The notes below the pieces were generated by a model, which was given only the letters and a program-made list of their open reading frames with translations, did not search any database and was not told the origin of the DNA. From the IMG/VR virus record IMGVR_UViG_3300031992_002338: a stretch of DNA of 64,000 nt, one strand, 5' to 3'. This DNA comes from a virus (taxonomy: Duplodnaviria; Caudoviricetes). Numbering within the stretch: position 1 is the stretch's first letter; the number at the start of each line of letters is the position of its first letter. Below, piece after piece: positions 29,613 through 40,411 of this stretch. The position numbers were made by a program, and so were the translations under genes.

Positions 29613-32600
29613 TTACTTATTATTAATCTCATACCCATATCCTTCTGAATCAAGTTTGTCATATGACCCACTAATATTACCAATTGTTTTATCACCATTT
29701 TGTACTGATATATCAATTACTGCTTTCCTTTTTTTCTTAGCTTTAATACCATGTAGCATATTTGGATATGAGAATGGCTTAAATTTAACCTCACGACCAC
29801 TTCCGTCTGGGTCATACTGTACCATTTCAGCACGGTTGTCATATACACCTGTATTAGCATAATAATTGAATGAAACAGCATCTTGGAGACGTGCAATAGG
29901 ACCAGCAAGGTCACTGCCTCCTAAGAATACAAAGTTCAATGTTATTTTTGCAAACATTGGCATTACACCAATTCCTTCTGGATTTAAATCCCATAATGGC
30001 TGCTCATACTGAATCGACATTGAATTTATTATTATTTTAGTATAATAAAAATCACCCAATCTTAATACACAAACTGGTGGTCTTCCAAATGATAAATTGT
30101 ATGCAGTACTACTTAACTGACCGTCTGAAGCACCAACAGTAGAACCTTGTCTAGTACATTGATGCAAGAAAGTAAGTCTAGCATTAAATCCTTCTGGAGA
30201 TATTGAATGAAATGCTGGGTCAAAATACCTTATCTTATCAGTTATTAAGTGATGCATCATCGGGTCATTCCTTTCAAGCAATTCAAAGAACTCACCTTCA
30301 TTGTCATACCTATCAACAACATCACTCTTAACATTAGCAGTATTGGTTTCGTTATTATCAGATGTTTTTAATGGATTTGTTTCATTAGTTATACTATTTA
30401 ACCTATCTAATGTATTACTGTTCTTCTGATTGACATCTAGCCAAGACTCTCCAGAAATAGCTTGAACACCAATCTTTTCCAATCCTATTTTTTTGCTAGA
30501 AATTCCATTTTCTATCTTAGCTCTGTCCACCTTGGCTAATGGCGCTCCAGTTTTTATATCATTTTTACCTTCTTCAAAAACAGAATCTTCAGCAAATGAA
30601 GCATTTTTCACTTCTGTTTCTTCATATTCTATAATTACAGATGCACTTCTCCAAATCTTTGTAAGCTCACCATTATTGTCACCACTATTTATTATACTAT
30701 TCTTCTCTTGCCTCTTAGAAGATATAGAACCATTTTCAGCATTTGGAAAGCCTTTATCTTGCATCCACCTCTTCAGAGTTAAAGCTCTATTATATGATAA
30801 CACATTATTAGATGAGTTTGTTCCTTGTCCAGATGCATGACCTTCAAATCTTATAGAAATGTTGTACTTATCTTTGTTTTTAATTATATCAGTAATTATA
30901 TTTACGTTATCTTGAGAAACATTGCTAGAACCAATTACTGACTTGACCTTATCACCCTCAAGCGCAACAAACATATCAGCAAAACTAACCAACGTGGTAC
31001 TACTATCAGAATTTTTCAAACCAAATTCTTCCATAGCATTTGAATGCTTCTTCAATAGCTCATATCCCATTTTACTATTTAAATTGTAACATTTGGTGTC
31101 AACATAACTATCTGTATCTGATAATTTATCAGAAACATATGCATTATCAACCCTATAATACCAACGACCACGATACCATAAATGGTCTTTGCTAGTTAGA
31201 TTCTTCATGTCATTTGCACTACCCATTGACATTGCATCTGGACTAACCATTTTAGCCAATGTGTAAAAATTATCACCATATAATACTAGATATCTAGTAC
31301 CAGAACTACTAGTAAGATATTGAGCCTTTCTATCTTTTGTAACTGTATCAGCATATGTGCTTACAATTGTTTGGTATGACGGGTCTAGATTACTGCTAGT
31401 AATGGATATGTTTCCATTTATTTCATAACCTCCATGACCAGAACCAGAACCTTTTGGAGCAGAATCAATCTGAGTTGGAATGTCCTTTGGCATCAAATCA
31501 GTATCAACATACTTCTGAGCGCCAATACCATTCATTAAATAATATATGGCATTAACCACCCCACTACCATTTGGCAAGTCATCAATGCCACTATAATTGT
31601 TCGGGAAATAAAGAACACAATGTAACGTTTTTTTCTTAACTGTTTGAGGATGCGTATCAGTATCTGGAACAGAATCATTCTTCGGCTCAATTGGGTCTTC
31701 TACCATTTCTGGCTTCCTATTTTTTAATTTAAATTCTTGAGGTATAGCAGAAAGAATATCACAACCAGCAAAAAACCTCAATAACGTGTTTTCTTGGTTG
31801 TTTGGTTCATCTACACCACCACCATTTCCAGGTATTAATTCAGCATTTTTATTTTTCATGCCATTACGCTTATGACCATTCCAATAATCAAGTATTGACG
31901 GGTGGTCAATAAGTAAAGTAAAACTTAAGTTACCCCTTCTCTCCGTGTCAGTATACGTGTAAATCTTTTCTCCCCTTCCTATGAATTGGTTTTGATTCCA
32001 ATTTACATTCACATCTTCACTGCATGTCAAATCATATGGTGGAAACCACATTATACGCCCGCCAAGAGGGCCTTTTTGCTCTGCTGACAATCCAAACTTA
32101 TCATATTCATTCATAATGACGTTTTCAGACCTCCAAGCTAGGTTTTCGATGGAAAACATACACTTCTTAATCGTAACTTCTTTGCTAGTCTTTTCTTCAT
32201 CTTCAAAATATTTTATTTTGGCTGTTGGAGCAATATTTACCAAACCATTTTTATAATTAAGGACGCCATAATTATCCAACCTCTTGCTTCCACCATCAAA
32301 CCCAAATTCCTTGTCTTCCAATGTACGGAAACCTACTGTTTCATAGTTCCCACTTCTTTCATTATTTTCTAGCCCTTCTTGGGATTCAATATGACCAAAT
32401 GGTCTTATTGCTCTAGATAACTGGTTATATTGATGGTGATATGTCCATACCCTACAATATGGGTTATCATAGCCATTACTATTATCCTTTTTGGTTGATA
32501 ACAAGTTTCTGCCATGAGACATACCATATCTCTCAGATATAGCTGTCTGTGTAATATCATTCTTATCCTTGGAATCCATAGAATTGGTGTTAAACCTAGC

Positions 32601-33197
32601 AATAAGAGTCTTATACTTGCCATGATTGAAATTGTCATTCGTCTTTTTAATCATGTCACAAGTGGTAAGGGTATTTGCAAAACTGCTTATTCCACCAAAA
32701 TTAACTCCAGGATTTGCATTCTCAATATCATACGTTGCTGATATTTCCTTGTTGTTTGTATAACCATAATCAGATTCGGCATATGAATATAATATGTTCC
32801 TTTCAGATGTCTTTTCGAAATTAACATTTGGAATCCACCTATCCAACAAGTTCATTGGGTCATTATAAGGGTTAGCAAACCTCACTGTAGGCTTCTCCTT
32901 GTAAAAAGTAAACTTAGGACACATGTATTCTTGGTTTATTACATTTGTCCCCATGTTATAGTTTCTCCTAACATGGTCAAATATAAACAAATAATCCTTG
33001 CCAAGCAAACTGATTGGCTCACGACCAAGGGACTGAACAATAAACATGATATCCTCATATGAATTATTCATTCCTATAGTCCTTGATATAAAATCACTGC
33101 TAGCAAGCAAATCTCTAGTCCCATGTATTAAGGAACTTGGTATCGACTTACCGTATTCCTTAATTGACTGCCCTAGTTTTTTTACAACACCACCCAT
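29613..33197 (-). CDS. Baseplate / tube-initiator-like protein with an inserted OmpA-like domain
   Basis: gp48/gp54-like segments (FIGRGEKIYTYTDTERRGNLSFTL; PPVCVLRLGD...IINSMSIQY); OmpA-like FEGHAS...NNVLSYNRA. Confidence 0.6.
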   Translation of the reverse strand: MGGVVKKLGQSIKEYGKSIPSSLIHGTRDLLASSDFISRTIGMNNSYEDIMFIVQSLGREPISLLGKDYLFIFDHVRRNYNMGTNVINQEYMCPKFTFYKEKPTVRFANPYNDPMNLLDRWIPNVNFEKTSERNILYSYAESDYGYTNNKEISATYDIENANPGVNFGGISSFANTLTTCDMIKKTNDNFNHGKYKTLIARFNTNSMDSKDKNDITQTAISERYGMSHGRNLLSTKKDNSNGYDNPYCRVWTYHHQYNQLSRAIRPFGHIESQEGLENNERSGNYETVGFRTLEDKEFGFDGGSKRLDNYGVLNYKNGLVNIAPTAKIKYFEDEEKTSKEVTIKKCMFSIENLAWRSENVIMNEYDKFGLSAEQKGPLGGRIMWFPPYDLTCSEDVNVNWNQNQFIGRGEKIYTYTDTERRGNLSFTLLIDHPSILDYWNGHKRNGMKNKNAELIPGNGGGVDEPNNQENTLLRFFAGCDILSAIPQEFKLKNRKPEMVEDPIEPKNDSVPDTDTHPQTVKKKTLHCVLYFPNNYSGIDDLPNGSGVVNAIYYLMNGIGAQKYVDTDLMPKDIPTQIDSAPKGSGSGHGGYEINGNISITSSNLDPSYQTIVSTYADTVTKDRKAQYLTSSSGTRYLVLYGDNFYTLAKMVSPDAMSMGSANDMKNLTSKDHLWYRGRWYYRVDNAYVSDKLSDTDSYVDTKCYNLNSKMGYELLKKHSNAMEEFGLKNSDSSTTLVSFADMFVALEGDKVKSVIGSSNVSQDNVNIITDIIKNKDKYNISIRFEGHASGQGTNSSNNVLSYNRALTLKRWMQDKGFPNAENGSISSKRQEKNSIINSGDNNGELTKIWRSASVIIEYEETEVKNASFAEDSVFEEGKNDIKTGAPLAKVDRAKIENGISSKKIGLEKIGVQAISGESWLDVNQKNSNTLDRLNSITNETNPLKTSDNNETNTANVKSDVVDRYDNEGEFFELLERNDPMMHHLITDKIRYFDPAFHSISPEGFNARLTFLHQCTRQGSTVGASDGQLSSTAYNLSFGRPPVCVLRLGDFYYTKIIINSMSIQYEQPLWDLNPEGIGVMPMFAKITLNFVFLGGSDLAGPIARLQDAVSFNYYANTGVYDNRAEMVQYDPDGSGREVKFKPFSYPNMLHGIKAKKKRKAVIDISVQNGDKTIGNISGSYDKLDSEGYGYEINNK

Positions 33198-33239
33198 ATA
33201 TAAATAATAAAAAATATTTTCCGTTATTTAAACAAATAG

Positions 33240-36200
33240 TTATATTTTTCCCCAAGTTGTAGATGGGGATGGTAGACCTCTCATATATGAAGCATCAATC
33301 ATTATCCTACCATTATGTATTTCACGATTTATTGATTCCCTTATATTCTCCTTAAGTGCTGATATAAACGTTGAATCTTCCAACAACTTGTTTATGTCGA
33401 TATTCTTTAATGAGTTCCCACCATCAAGCTTGATTGTTCCATTTAATGAAATATTGAAATCATTCATTTTAATCTCATTTACACCATTAAAACCATTTGT
33501 TGAATCAGTACTCTTTGGTATCCTTTTAAAACTATTCTCACCAAAAGGAATCGTCTTTATATTATTGTTGGTATTCAATGCAGTAGATACAATGTTGGAA
33601 TTACTGTTGAAAATGGTGGATAAAATACTATTAATAGTATTATCAGTAACATTAGACGAAACATTTGACATTTTACTACTAGAAGCAGTATAATAAGACA
33701 CACCATTTGAAGAACCAATCTTAGTTAAAATGCTAGACGCATTATTGATGAAACTGAATAACTGTGCTTGCTGGTCTTTATTCAATACCATCTCACCACT
33801 GTTAAGACCAGTTAATATTCTATCACCACTGTATGAATTACCACCAACAATGCCACCACTAGCGTGTTTCTCACTAAACAAACCTTCAGCCCAACCTTTT
33901 GCGGCATTCCATTTTTCTTTAACCCAACCTTTCGCATCTTCATATGTGTTTTTTGCACCTTGTTTAATGCTACCCCAAGGGTCATCTAGGAATTTTTGTA
34001 TACCACCCATTAATTTATCCCATCCCTCTTTAACTTTAGCAAAGAAGCTCTTAACAGGTTGTAAAATATTTTCATCTGTCCATTTAACAACGTCTTTAAT
34101 TGGCTGTAATACATATTCCTTGAAAGGTTGTTCTATATAAGTGCTCCACCCATTTTTAATATCTTGCCACAAAACACTAAGTTGACTCATAGCACCATCC
34201 CATTTTTCACTAAACCAAGTAGATATTTCATCCCAATGCTTAACAACTTGTATTATTGCACCAACTGGAGGTAAAAATGTACTTATTAAAGTTTCACCGA
34301 CTTTACCCCAATTAATAGAGGTAAAGTAGTTTACAACTTTATTCCATCCTTTAGAAAACCAATCAGTAATTTTAGTCCAATTCTTACCAATATATTCGCC
34401 AGCAAATTTACCAATTGCACCACCAATCATAGCACCAACTGGTCCACCAAGAATTGTTCCAATTACAGTACCTACGCCACTGCCTACAGCACCGCCTACA
34501 CTTTCATTCCTTTCTGTCTGTGCTCCAGCCATAGCTTCTTCCTTGGTTTTATATCTACTTCTATCCCATTCACCTCTATTTATTGCATCAAGTTGGTCTC
34601 TATATGCAGATTGAGCCATAATACCTTGTGCAGCAGAAATTCCAACTCCAAGAGCAGCACCACCAATGCTTGTTAATTTTTGGGCTTTTGTTAAATATTG
34701 AAACCCTTTAAATGGGGCTTTAATTGCTGACATTATTTTTCCACTTCCACCTATTCTAGCATCAGTATAGCCATATTTATACATATCCCTTGTTGGACTC
34801 CAAAAACCTTTTGCTCCAGCTTTTAAACCTTTCCAAATACCACCTAATGCTTTTGATGCAAGTTTTCCACCAACTGTTGTGTTTCCACCTAAATTTGCTC
34901 CAAGTGCTGGCTTAATAAGCATTTTCCATCCAGCTATTGCTATTAATAATTTGCCCCAATTGTCAGCTAAAAACTTAGACACACCTCTAATACCGTCTGC
35001 AATACTCTTTAAAAAAGGACCATTTTTATTAATCCAATCAAGTATTTTGCTTAATACTTCGTTAGCTCCTTTTCCTAAATTTTCAGCAACTCCTTGTAAA
35101 TTAGTCCCAACCTTGTCAATATTTTGGATAATATTCTGAGCATTTTTATCTAATTCTAAACCCTTTGCAAATGAAGCAACAACAGATGAAGCATTTCCAG
35201 TAATTGTTTCATCAATACTTTTTAAATGTGAAGCTTGGTCTTTTAATATGTCTGAATCTGACATATTACTAAACTGCATCATTTCGTTAATTAAATTACT
35301 ATCAACATCGCCAGAACTTACATTATGTTCTTTACCATGAGAATCAGTGTAATATAATTGACCATTTTTAACTTGCCCATTGTTAATAAGGAAATTCTTT
35401 TGTTCTTCACTTAATCCAAGCCCATTAAGTTTACTCCCACCAAATTCTTTTTCCTTATACCTAACTTCAGCCATCTTCTTGGCATTAGCAACGACCTCTT
35501 CAGCATTAAGACCCATCTCCTTTGCATAATTTCTAAGAATTTCTTGGTTCATTGCGCTCATGGTTGCATAACCTTTTTTGGTGTCAAAGGTTGCCATGCC
35601 TTTCATTGCGTCCTCCATCCTCTTGGCAAATGCCTCTGGGTCGTACATTGATTCATAAGCATTTTGCAAAGGATTGCCAAACGAAGCACCTATACTGCCA
35701 CCAAGCATCTGCAAATGTGCTGAATGTTCAATAGCACTGTCAAGTTCCATGAACTGTCCAGCGGCTGTTTCTACAGACTTCATACTAAGTCCGAATTTTT
35801 CAGCCATTGCCGCCATTCTAGTAATCCCATCAACACCGTTTCTGAAGTTTAAACGGTTTGCCATTGAAAGGTTTTCAGCTATTTTTTTACTAAATTTTTG
35901 AGCATTTAAGCCTTGCTTTGAAGCAGTTGCATATGCCTTTGATATTGCACCTTGTACAGCACTAACTTGCCCACCCATACCATTCATTATGGTATCCATA
36001 AACTTGTTAGTGGTTTCTTGTCCAACAAGTTTATTAGCTTGCACAAATCCTTCAGCTTGGGCATCATTTAATATTAGCTGTTTTCCTGTTGTTTCTGAAA
36101 TATTTCTTTGTACTGCTGTAATAGCTGAAGAAGCTACGCCATATTTTTGGGCTAAAACTTGTGTTCTTTCAGTTAATACTTTAGTATAAGCGTTAGCTTG

Positions 36201-36371
36201 ATTTAAGCCCATACCTAAATCTCTAGCTAATGAAATACCTTCTTGGTGAAATTGTAATGCTGCTTTAGTGCCAGCTTGCATCATAGATATAGCTGTTCCT
36301 AACGCTCCATTTAAAGCCCCTCCAATAACGCTTGCTATCTGTGTAAATATTGCTAATAATGCTTGTGGCAT
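33240..36371 (-). CDS. Tail tape measure protein
   Basis: Ala/Gly-rich helical protein, periodic Trp repeats, GGAVGSGVG zipper, HASGGIV...GEMVLN motif; lies upstream of the baseplate genes. Confidence 0.82.
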   Translation of the reverse strand: MPQALLAIFTQIASVIGGALNGALGTAISMMQAGTKAALQFHQEGISLARDLGMGLNQANAYTKVLTERTQVLAQKYGVASSAITAVQRNISETTGKQLILNDAQAEGFVQANKLVGQETTNKFMDTIMNGMGGQVSAVQGAISKAYATASKQGLNAQKFSKKIAENLSMANRLNFRNGVDGITRMAAMAEKFGLSMKSVETAAGQFMELDSAIEHSAHLQMLGGSIGASFGNPLQNAYESMYDPEAFAKRMEDAMKGMATFDTKKGYATMSAMNQEILRNYAKEMGLNAEEVVANAKKMAEVRYKEKEFGGSKLNGLGLSEEQKNFLINNGQVKNGQLYYTDSHGKEHNVSSGDVDSNLINEMMQFSNMSDSDILKDQASHLKSIDETITGNASSVVASFAKGLELDKNAQNIIQNIDKVGTNLQGVAENLGKGANEVLSKILDWINKNGPFLKSIADGIRGVSKFLADNWGKLLIAIAGWKMLIKPALGANLGGNTTVGGKLASKALGGIWKGLKAGAKGFWSPTRDMYKYGYTDARIGGSGKIMSAIKAPFKGFQYLTKAQKLTSIGGAALGVGISAAQGIMAQSAYRDQLDAINRGEWDRSRYKTKEEAMAGAQTERNESVGGAVGSGVGTVIGTILGGPVGAMIGGAIGKFAGEYIGKNWTKITDWFSKGWNKVVNYFTSINWGKVGETLISTFLPPVGAIIQVVKHWDEISTWFSEKWDGAMSQLSVLWQDIKNGWSTYIEQPFKEYVLQPIKDVVKWTDENILQPVKSFFAKVKEGWDKLMGGIQKFLDDPWGSIKQGAKNTYEDAKGWVKEKWNAAKGWAEGLFSEKHASGGIVGGNSYSGDRILTGLNSGEMVLNKDQQAQLFSFINNASSILTKIGSSNGVSYYTASSSKMSNVSSNVTDNTINSILSTIFNSNSNIVSTALNTNNNIKTIPFGENSFKRIPKSTDSTNGFNGVNEIKMNDFNISLNGTIKLDGGNSLKNIDINKLLEDSTFISALKENIRESINREIHNGRIMIDASYMRGLPSPSTTWGKI

Positions 36372-36451
36372 ATATATAATAAATTTTAAAAAATTTTATT
36401 GATTAATTTACTATATAAATAGGCGTATTTACATTTTTTAACATTATTTAT

Positions 36452-36482
36452 TTTGCTAATTTAAAAATATTTCGTACCTTTG
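36452..36482 (+). promoter_or_regulatory. Bacteroidota-type promoter
   Basis: TTTG at 36452-36455, TACCTTTG at 36475-36482. Confidence 0.7.
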
Positions 36483-36512
36483 CATCAAGAAACAATAAAA
36501 AACAAATAAACT

Positions 36513-36668
36513 ATGAGATTTTATCAAGAATGGAAAGGCATTATTTGGGAATTCAATTCTGTTGGGGAATTCCTACTGCATATTGTATGTAGGATAATAG
36601 GCGCAATAATTGGATATGGTATTTTATATTTAATCATTTTATGGCTAGCTTGGTATGGTAGTAAGTGA
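36513..36668 (+). CDS. Small membrane protein (51 aa, not in the ORF track)
   Basis: MRFYQEWKGIIWEF...IIGAIIGYGILYLIILWLAWYGSK*; hydrophobic helix; directly after the promoter. Confidence 0.6.
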   Translation: MRFYQEWKGIIWEFNSVGEFLLHIVCRIIGAIIGYGILYLIILWLAWYGSK

Positions 36669-37071
36669 GGTTAATCTTTTGGCATCGTTCCATTGCAACA
36701 ACGAGAAATACTTTAATGGTATTCTTCCTATACCACAATTCAAAATATCCAATTCATATAGGACGTTGGGCTATTTTCACTGTGATGTTGACGAATATGG
36801 TGACTATTACAACGAAACAATAGAAGTAAGTGGCAACTATGACTATACTGAGGAACAATTTAGGAACATAATGATGCATGAAATGATTCATTACTACTTA
36901 TTATACGTTGGCTTGGACAACAGATGCACACACGGAAATGAATTCAAAAAAATGGCTAAAGAATTTAATACAAAATATGGCTTCAATATCACAAAAACCA
37001 TTGATTTAAGCGATTTTAAAATAAAAAAAGGGAATTCAAATTTTATGTTCAAACTTTGTACTTTGTTCTGA
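36655..37071 (+). CDS. SprT-like zinc metalloprotease
   Basis: NEKYFNG, MMHEMIHYY, HGNEFKK. Confidence 0.8.
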   Translation: MVVSEVNLLASFHCNNEKYFNGILPIPQFKISNSYRTLGYFHCDVDEYGDYYNETIEVSGNYDYTEEQFRNIMMHEMIHYYLLYVGLDNRCTHGNEFKKMAKEFNTKYGFNITKTIDLSDFKIKKGNSNFMFKLCTLF

Positions 37072-37098
37072 TATTTATATTGGAACAAAGTTTTTTTT

Positions 37099-37689
37099 AT
37101 GAACAAAATCAAATCAATTATACGAGAAGAAATAGGTAGATTTATTATAAACGAAAACGTAAGTAATCTATCAAGATATGCAAACACAATAAACGGTTAT
37201 TTAAACCAAATGCAAAACATTGATAGTTTGCAGCCACAAATCAAACAAGTTACTATGAACTTTATGAAATATTGCATACAAATAATTCATGCAATAAACA
37301 GGTGTGTTCAAGCAAACAGTTTGAATGAAGGCTTAAGTAATTGGGGAATAAATGTTCCACCAGAATTAGGAGGTAATTTTTGGAATGATGCAGTGAGAGG
37401 ATATTATAAGACGAAAAACTTTCTAACTAGAGGAAGAAGTGGTATGTATAATGGTAAAACAATTAATGGAGTTAACCAAAATACCTTACCATCTGTTAAA
37501 TTGTCAGAGTTATTAAGAAATCTTCCTAGTTGGGAAAATCAATGCATTAGGTATCAATTAAACCAAAACATCAAAGGAAACGTGATTAACAATATAATAC
37601 AAATTTTATATCAATTAAATCAAGAATATACTAGTATGGTGCAAACCGCACAACAACAAAACCAAAACGCCCAAGGTACAAATCCTTGA
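37099..37689 (+). CDS. Late protein with LxE leader (putative internal head protein)
   Basis: MNKIKSIIREEIGRFIINE; GATATTTAT at 37070-37078; terminator hairpin at about 37663-37698. Confidence 0.65.
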   Translation: MNKIKSIIREEIGRFIINENVSNLSRYANTINGYLNQMQNIDSLQPQIKQVTMNFMKYCIQIIHAINRCVQANSLNEGLSNWGINVPPELGGNFWNDAVRGYYKTKNFLTRGRSGMYNGKTINGVNQNTLPSVKLSELLRNLPSWENQCIRYQLNQNIKGNVINNIIQILYQLNQEYTSMVQTAQQQNQNAQGTNP

Positions 37690-37701
37690 GCGTTTTTTGC
37701 C

Positions 37702-37956
37702 TTATATTAGCCCTATTTCCTCTGCAATATCATTACCATCAAGCCCTTGACTCATACTAGTGTAATTGGATATATTGCTGTTTGAAGAAGAACTTCCACC
37801 GTTATTCATTGCATCATTTCTTGCATTTACATATTCAATGTACTTGTCAATATAGTATTTTCTATCCATTATTGGCATCTTCTCAAGCACATCAAACGGT
37901 ATCTTCACATACATATGGCAAGCAAATAACTCATCTTTAAGGTTTCTCTCATACAT
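37702..37956 (-). CDS. Small tail-assembly / baseplate chaperone partner (start ATG 37956)
   Basis: ATGTATGA overlap with the upstream stop; MPIMDRKYYI motif typical of the ORF following a tail chaperone. Confidence 0.6.
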   Translation of the reverse strand: MYERNLKDELFACHMYVKIPFDVLEKMPIMDRKYYIDKYIEYVNARNDAMNNGGSSSSNSNISNYTSMSQGLDGNDIAEEIGLI

Positions 37957-39259
37957 CGGAGATATTGAGGAAAACAGAATCGTCCCAGTTAAGAAAGGTC
38001 TTGAATGAGCCACCTCCAAGACTCTCTGGTCTTTCAACTTCAATGTCAAAATTAATTCCAGGTCTGTTGTCATTAATATATTTTCTCAACATCAATGAAT
38101 CTCTAGCTGGCATCTGATTAATATATTTCCTAATGTATTCTCTGTCATAATTACCATTTACCGCAACAATCTGCAATTGCATATTATTGGTCATAATCTT
38201 GGTAAATTCAGAATTATTGACTTCTTTCAACTTCTTTGACCATTTATCCATTGCTGCGATTGCTGCTCTAATTACTTTCTTATCATTTTCATTAACATAC
38301 TTATCGTTCATCAATGCAGCTTTTAACGATTCGCTTTCCCTAGCTAGCATCATAGCCTTTGTTCCATAACCTTCAAGTTCAGTCACTTGTCTAAGTTGTC
38401 TCTCTTGTTTTCTAGTCAAATATCTGAACTTAATCTTATCCTTCAAAATAGGTGTAGTATATTCAAAGTGTCCGTTTTCATCGCCAACCAATTTAAAATC
38501 CCTAGGCTTAAGCTTAGTTAAATCAATTGTTGTATCAATTTGTTCTCCAGTATCTGGGTCACTGACAACGATTGGGAAATCTGGTCCATAGCTTGTTGCC
38601 CTCAAATACAATATAATCGCATCAGCATCACCGCTAACCAAATCTTCAACATTGATTTCACTGTTAACAACCTTGGATTTAAGCAAATAGTCAATGACAA
38701 GACCATCCTTATACAAGTTTGGTGATGTGATAATGTTTTCATCATAAGCAGTTAAAAAAGCTACTGGAACTCTATCAATTTTATTTCTATAGCACTGCCC
38801 ATTACTAGGTAACTGAATTATATCATATTTTAAACTTGAGTCAATATCATTAAAATTGGATTTATCAGCAACAGTTGTCTCACTAGGTGTCATATCATAT
38901 TCATCAACCTCATTATCTTGTGATTCAGCGACTTCAAGTTCTTTCTCCTCATTTCTAGACCTCTCATTCTCTTCCAATATATCAAATATTGACATATCAG
39001 TATCTTGGAACAAATTTGTCTGGTTCACAACCTTCTTATTACTTGATAAAGATGTTGTTTTCTTGCTTGCTCCAAGTACAGTTGGGTCAATGCTATTGAT
39101 ATGGTCAATAACCTCTTGCTGTGCTCTCTCAATCTGCTTTACAGACTGGGTTTTACCTCTGCTCTCAGCTTCCTTCTTAGTCTTTTCCAACATTTTGTTG
39201 TTTTCCAAAAGAGTCTTGATTTCGTTCTCTTGCTCTTCAGTTAGTTTCTTTTTTGCCAT
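37949..39259 (-). CDS. T4 gp26-like baseplate hub assembly / tail assembly chaperone
   Basis: LPSNGQCY, LTAYDENII, GDADAIILYLRATSYG; upstream of the tape measure gene. Confidence 0.7.
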   Translation of the reverse strand: MAKKKLTEEQENEIKTLLENNKMLEKTKKEAESRGKTQSVKQIERAQQEVIDHINSIDPTVLGASKKTTSLSSNKKVVNQTNLFQDTDMSIFDILEENERSRNEEKELEVAESQDNEVDEYDMTPSETTVADKSNFNDIDSSLKYDIIQLPSNGQCYRNKIDRVPVAFLTAYDENIITSPNLYKDGLVIDYLLKSKVVNSEINVEDLVSGDADAIILYLRATSYGPDFPIVVSDPDTGEQIDTTIDLTKLKPRDFKLVGDENGHFEYTTPILKDKIKFRYLTRKQERQLRQVTELEGYGTKAMMLARESESLKAALMNDKYVNENDKKVIRAAIAAMDKWSKKLKEVNNSEFTKIMTNNMQLQIVAVNGNYDREYIRKYINQMPARDSLMLRKYINDNRPGINFDIEVERPESLGGGSFKTFLNWDDSVFLNISDV

Positions 39260-39265
39260 AACTCA

Positions 39266-39862
39266 TTATATTTCATCTATTAATCTTAGTTTCTCAATGA
39301 ATACAATCATGGAGTTGTCATCAACAATATCCATAATCTTACAATTCTCTAGAATTGCATATATGTCTTCACCAGCTTTATTTACGAAATGCATTTTTAC
39401 ATTTCTCTTAGGCTCTTTTACCCAAGCCCATTCTTCTCCTTTATAGTCTTTGTATTTGTTGATTGCATTATGCTCTTTAACCCATAATGACACCTCTGCG
39501 ATAAATTCTTCCTCACTAGTGTTATCGTCAAATTCAAACATTTCTATAAAGGGTTTCTGGTCTACAAAGTGTGTAATCAAGCTGTCAACTGTATCATCGT
39601 TTCCATTCTCGTCATATACGATACCATTACAGCTCGAATAAGCCACTTTCTCTTCCTTCTGAGCCGTGTTTGCGCCAAACTTGTATGTTTGCCCATCACC
39701 ACCTATTAAACCGCCTCCACCGTTCTCTCTTTCGTAAACAGCGTTGTAAATAATGTCTTTGTTCTTATTATATTCTTTTGACACTGCCTCAATGTACTCA
39801 TTTTCGTCATAATAATTATTATTTACATCGAAAGAACCATCATTGTAATCATAATAAGGCAT
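39266..39862 (-). CDS. Hypothetical late protein (likely start ATG 39862)
   Basis: The TATTTAT motif at 39882-39888 favours this ATG over the GTG at 39880. Confidence 0.6.
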   Translation of the reverse strand: MPYYDYNDGSFDVNNNYYDENEYIEAVSKEYNKNKDIIYNAVYERENGGGGLIGGDGQTYKFGANTAQKEEKVAYSSCNGIVYDENGNDDTVDSLITHFVDQKPFIEMFEFDDNTSEEEFIAEVSLWVKEHNAINKYKDYKGEEWAWVKEPKRNVKMHFVNKAGEDIYAILENCKIMDIVDDNSMIVFIEKLRLIDEI

Positions 39863-39892
39863 GTACAACGTAACTTCCACAATAAATATAGT

Positions 39893-40411
39893 TTATTTTA
39901 TTTTATTAATATGTCTCTTATTTTTCTTCTCAATAAGAGCCTTTTTTTCTGTTTCTTTATATAACCTCTTTTTTAATTCATTCATAACCATTTTAGGGTC
40001 TTCACGAATATCTTTTTCCCAGATTCTCATAATTGGTATCCCATGCATCAAAGCCCATTTGTCTTTATATTCATCAACTCTCTTGTTATGCTTCTGCATT
40101 GGATTCATATCTTCCTCTTTAACTAATCTAGGGTCTGAATGATAATAACTACCATCACACTCGATGATGAGGTTATGTTCTGGGAGATAAAAATCGTAGA
40201 ATCTCCCAATATCTTTTGCTTCAAACTGATAAATATACCTCACTTTAAGTTTGTCTAAAAAGTCTTTTGCAAAATCTTCCTCTAATTTTGATGTTCCAAA
40301 TTTAGGGTGTATACGTACAACCCTTCTAGTCGTTTTTTTGACTTTCGAGACTGTACGCTTCTTTTTTGGTTTGCTCACTAAGGTTTTACCCTTATTACTT
40401 ACTTGTTTCAT
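39893..40411 (-). CDS. DUF559/Vsr-like endonuclease
   Basis: SKLEE, YDFYLP...IECDGSYYH...DEYKD...MRIWE. Confidence 0.75.
   Translation of the reverse strand: MKQVSNKGKTLVSKPKKKRTVSKVKKTTRRVVRIHPKFGTSKLEEDFAKDFLDKLKVRYIYQFEAKDIGRFYDFYLPEHNLIIECDGSYYHSDPRLVKEEDMNPMQKHNKRVDEYKDKWALMHGIPIMRIWEKDIREDPKMVMNELKKRLYKETEKKALIEKKNKRHINKIK

Noticed and set aside
37949-38073. Programmed -1 frameshift joining the chaperone to the next ORF
   Set aside because: No canonical X XXY YYZ slippery site; the next ORF is in the +1 frame and has its own coupled ATG (ATGTATGA).
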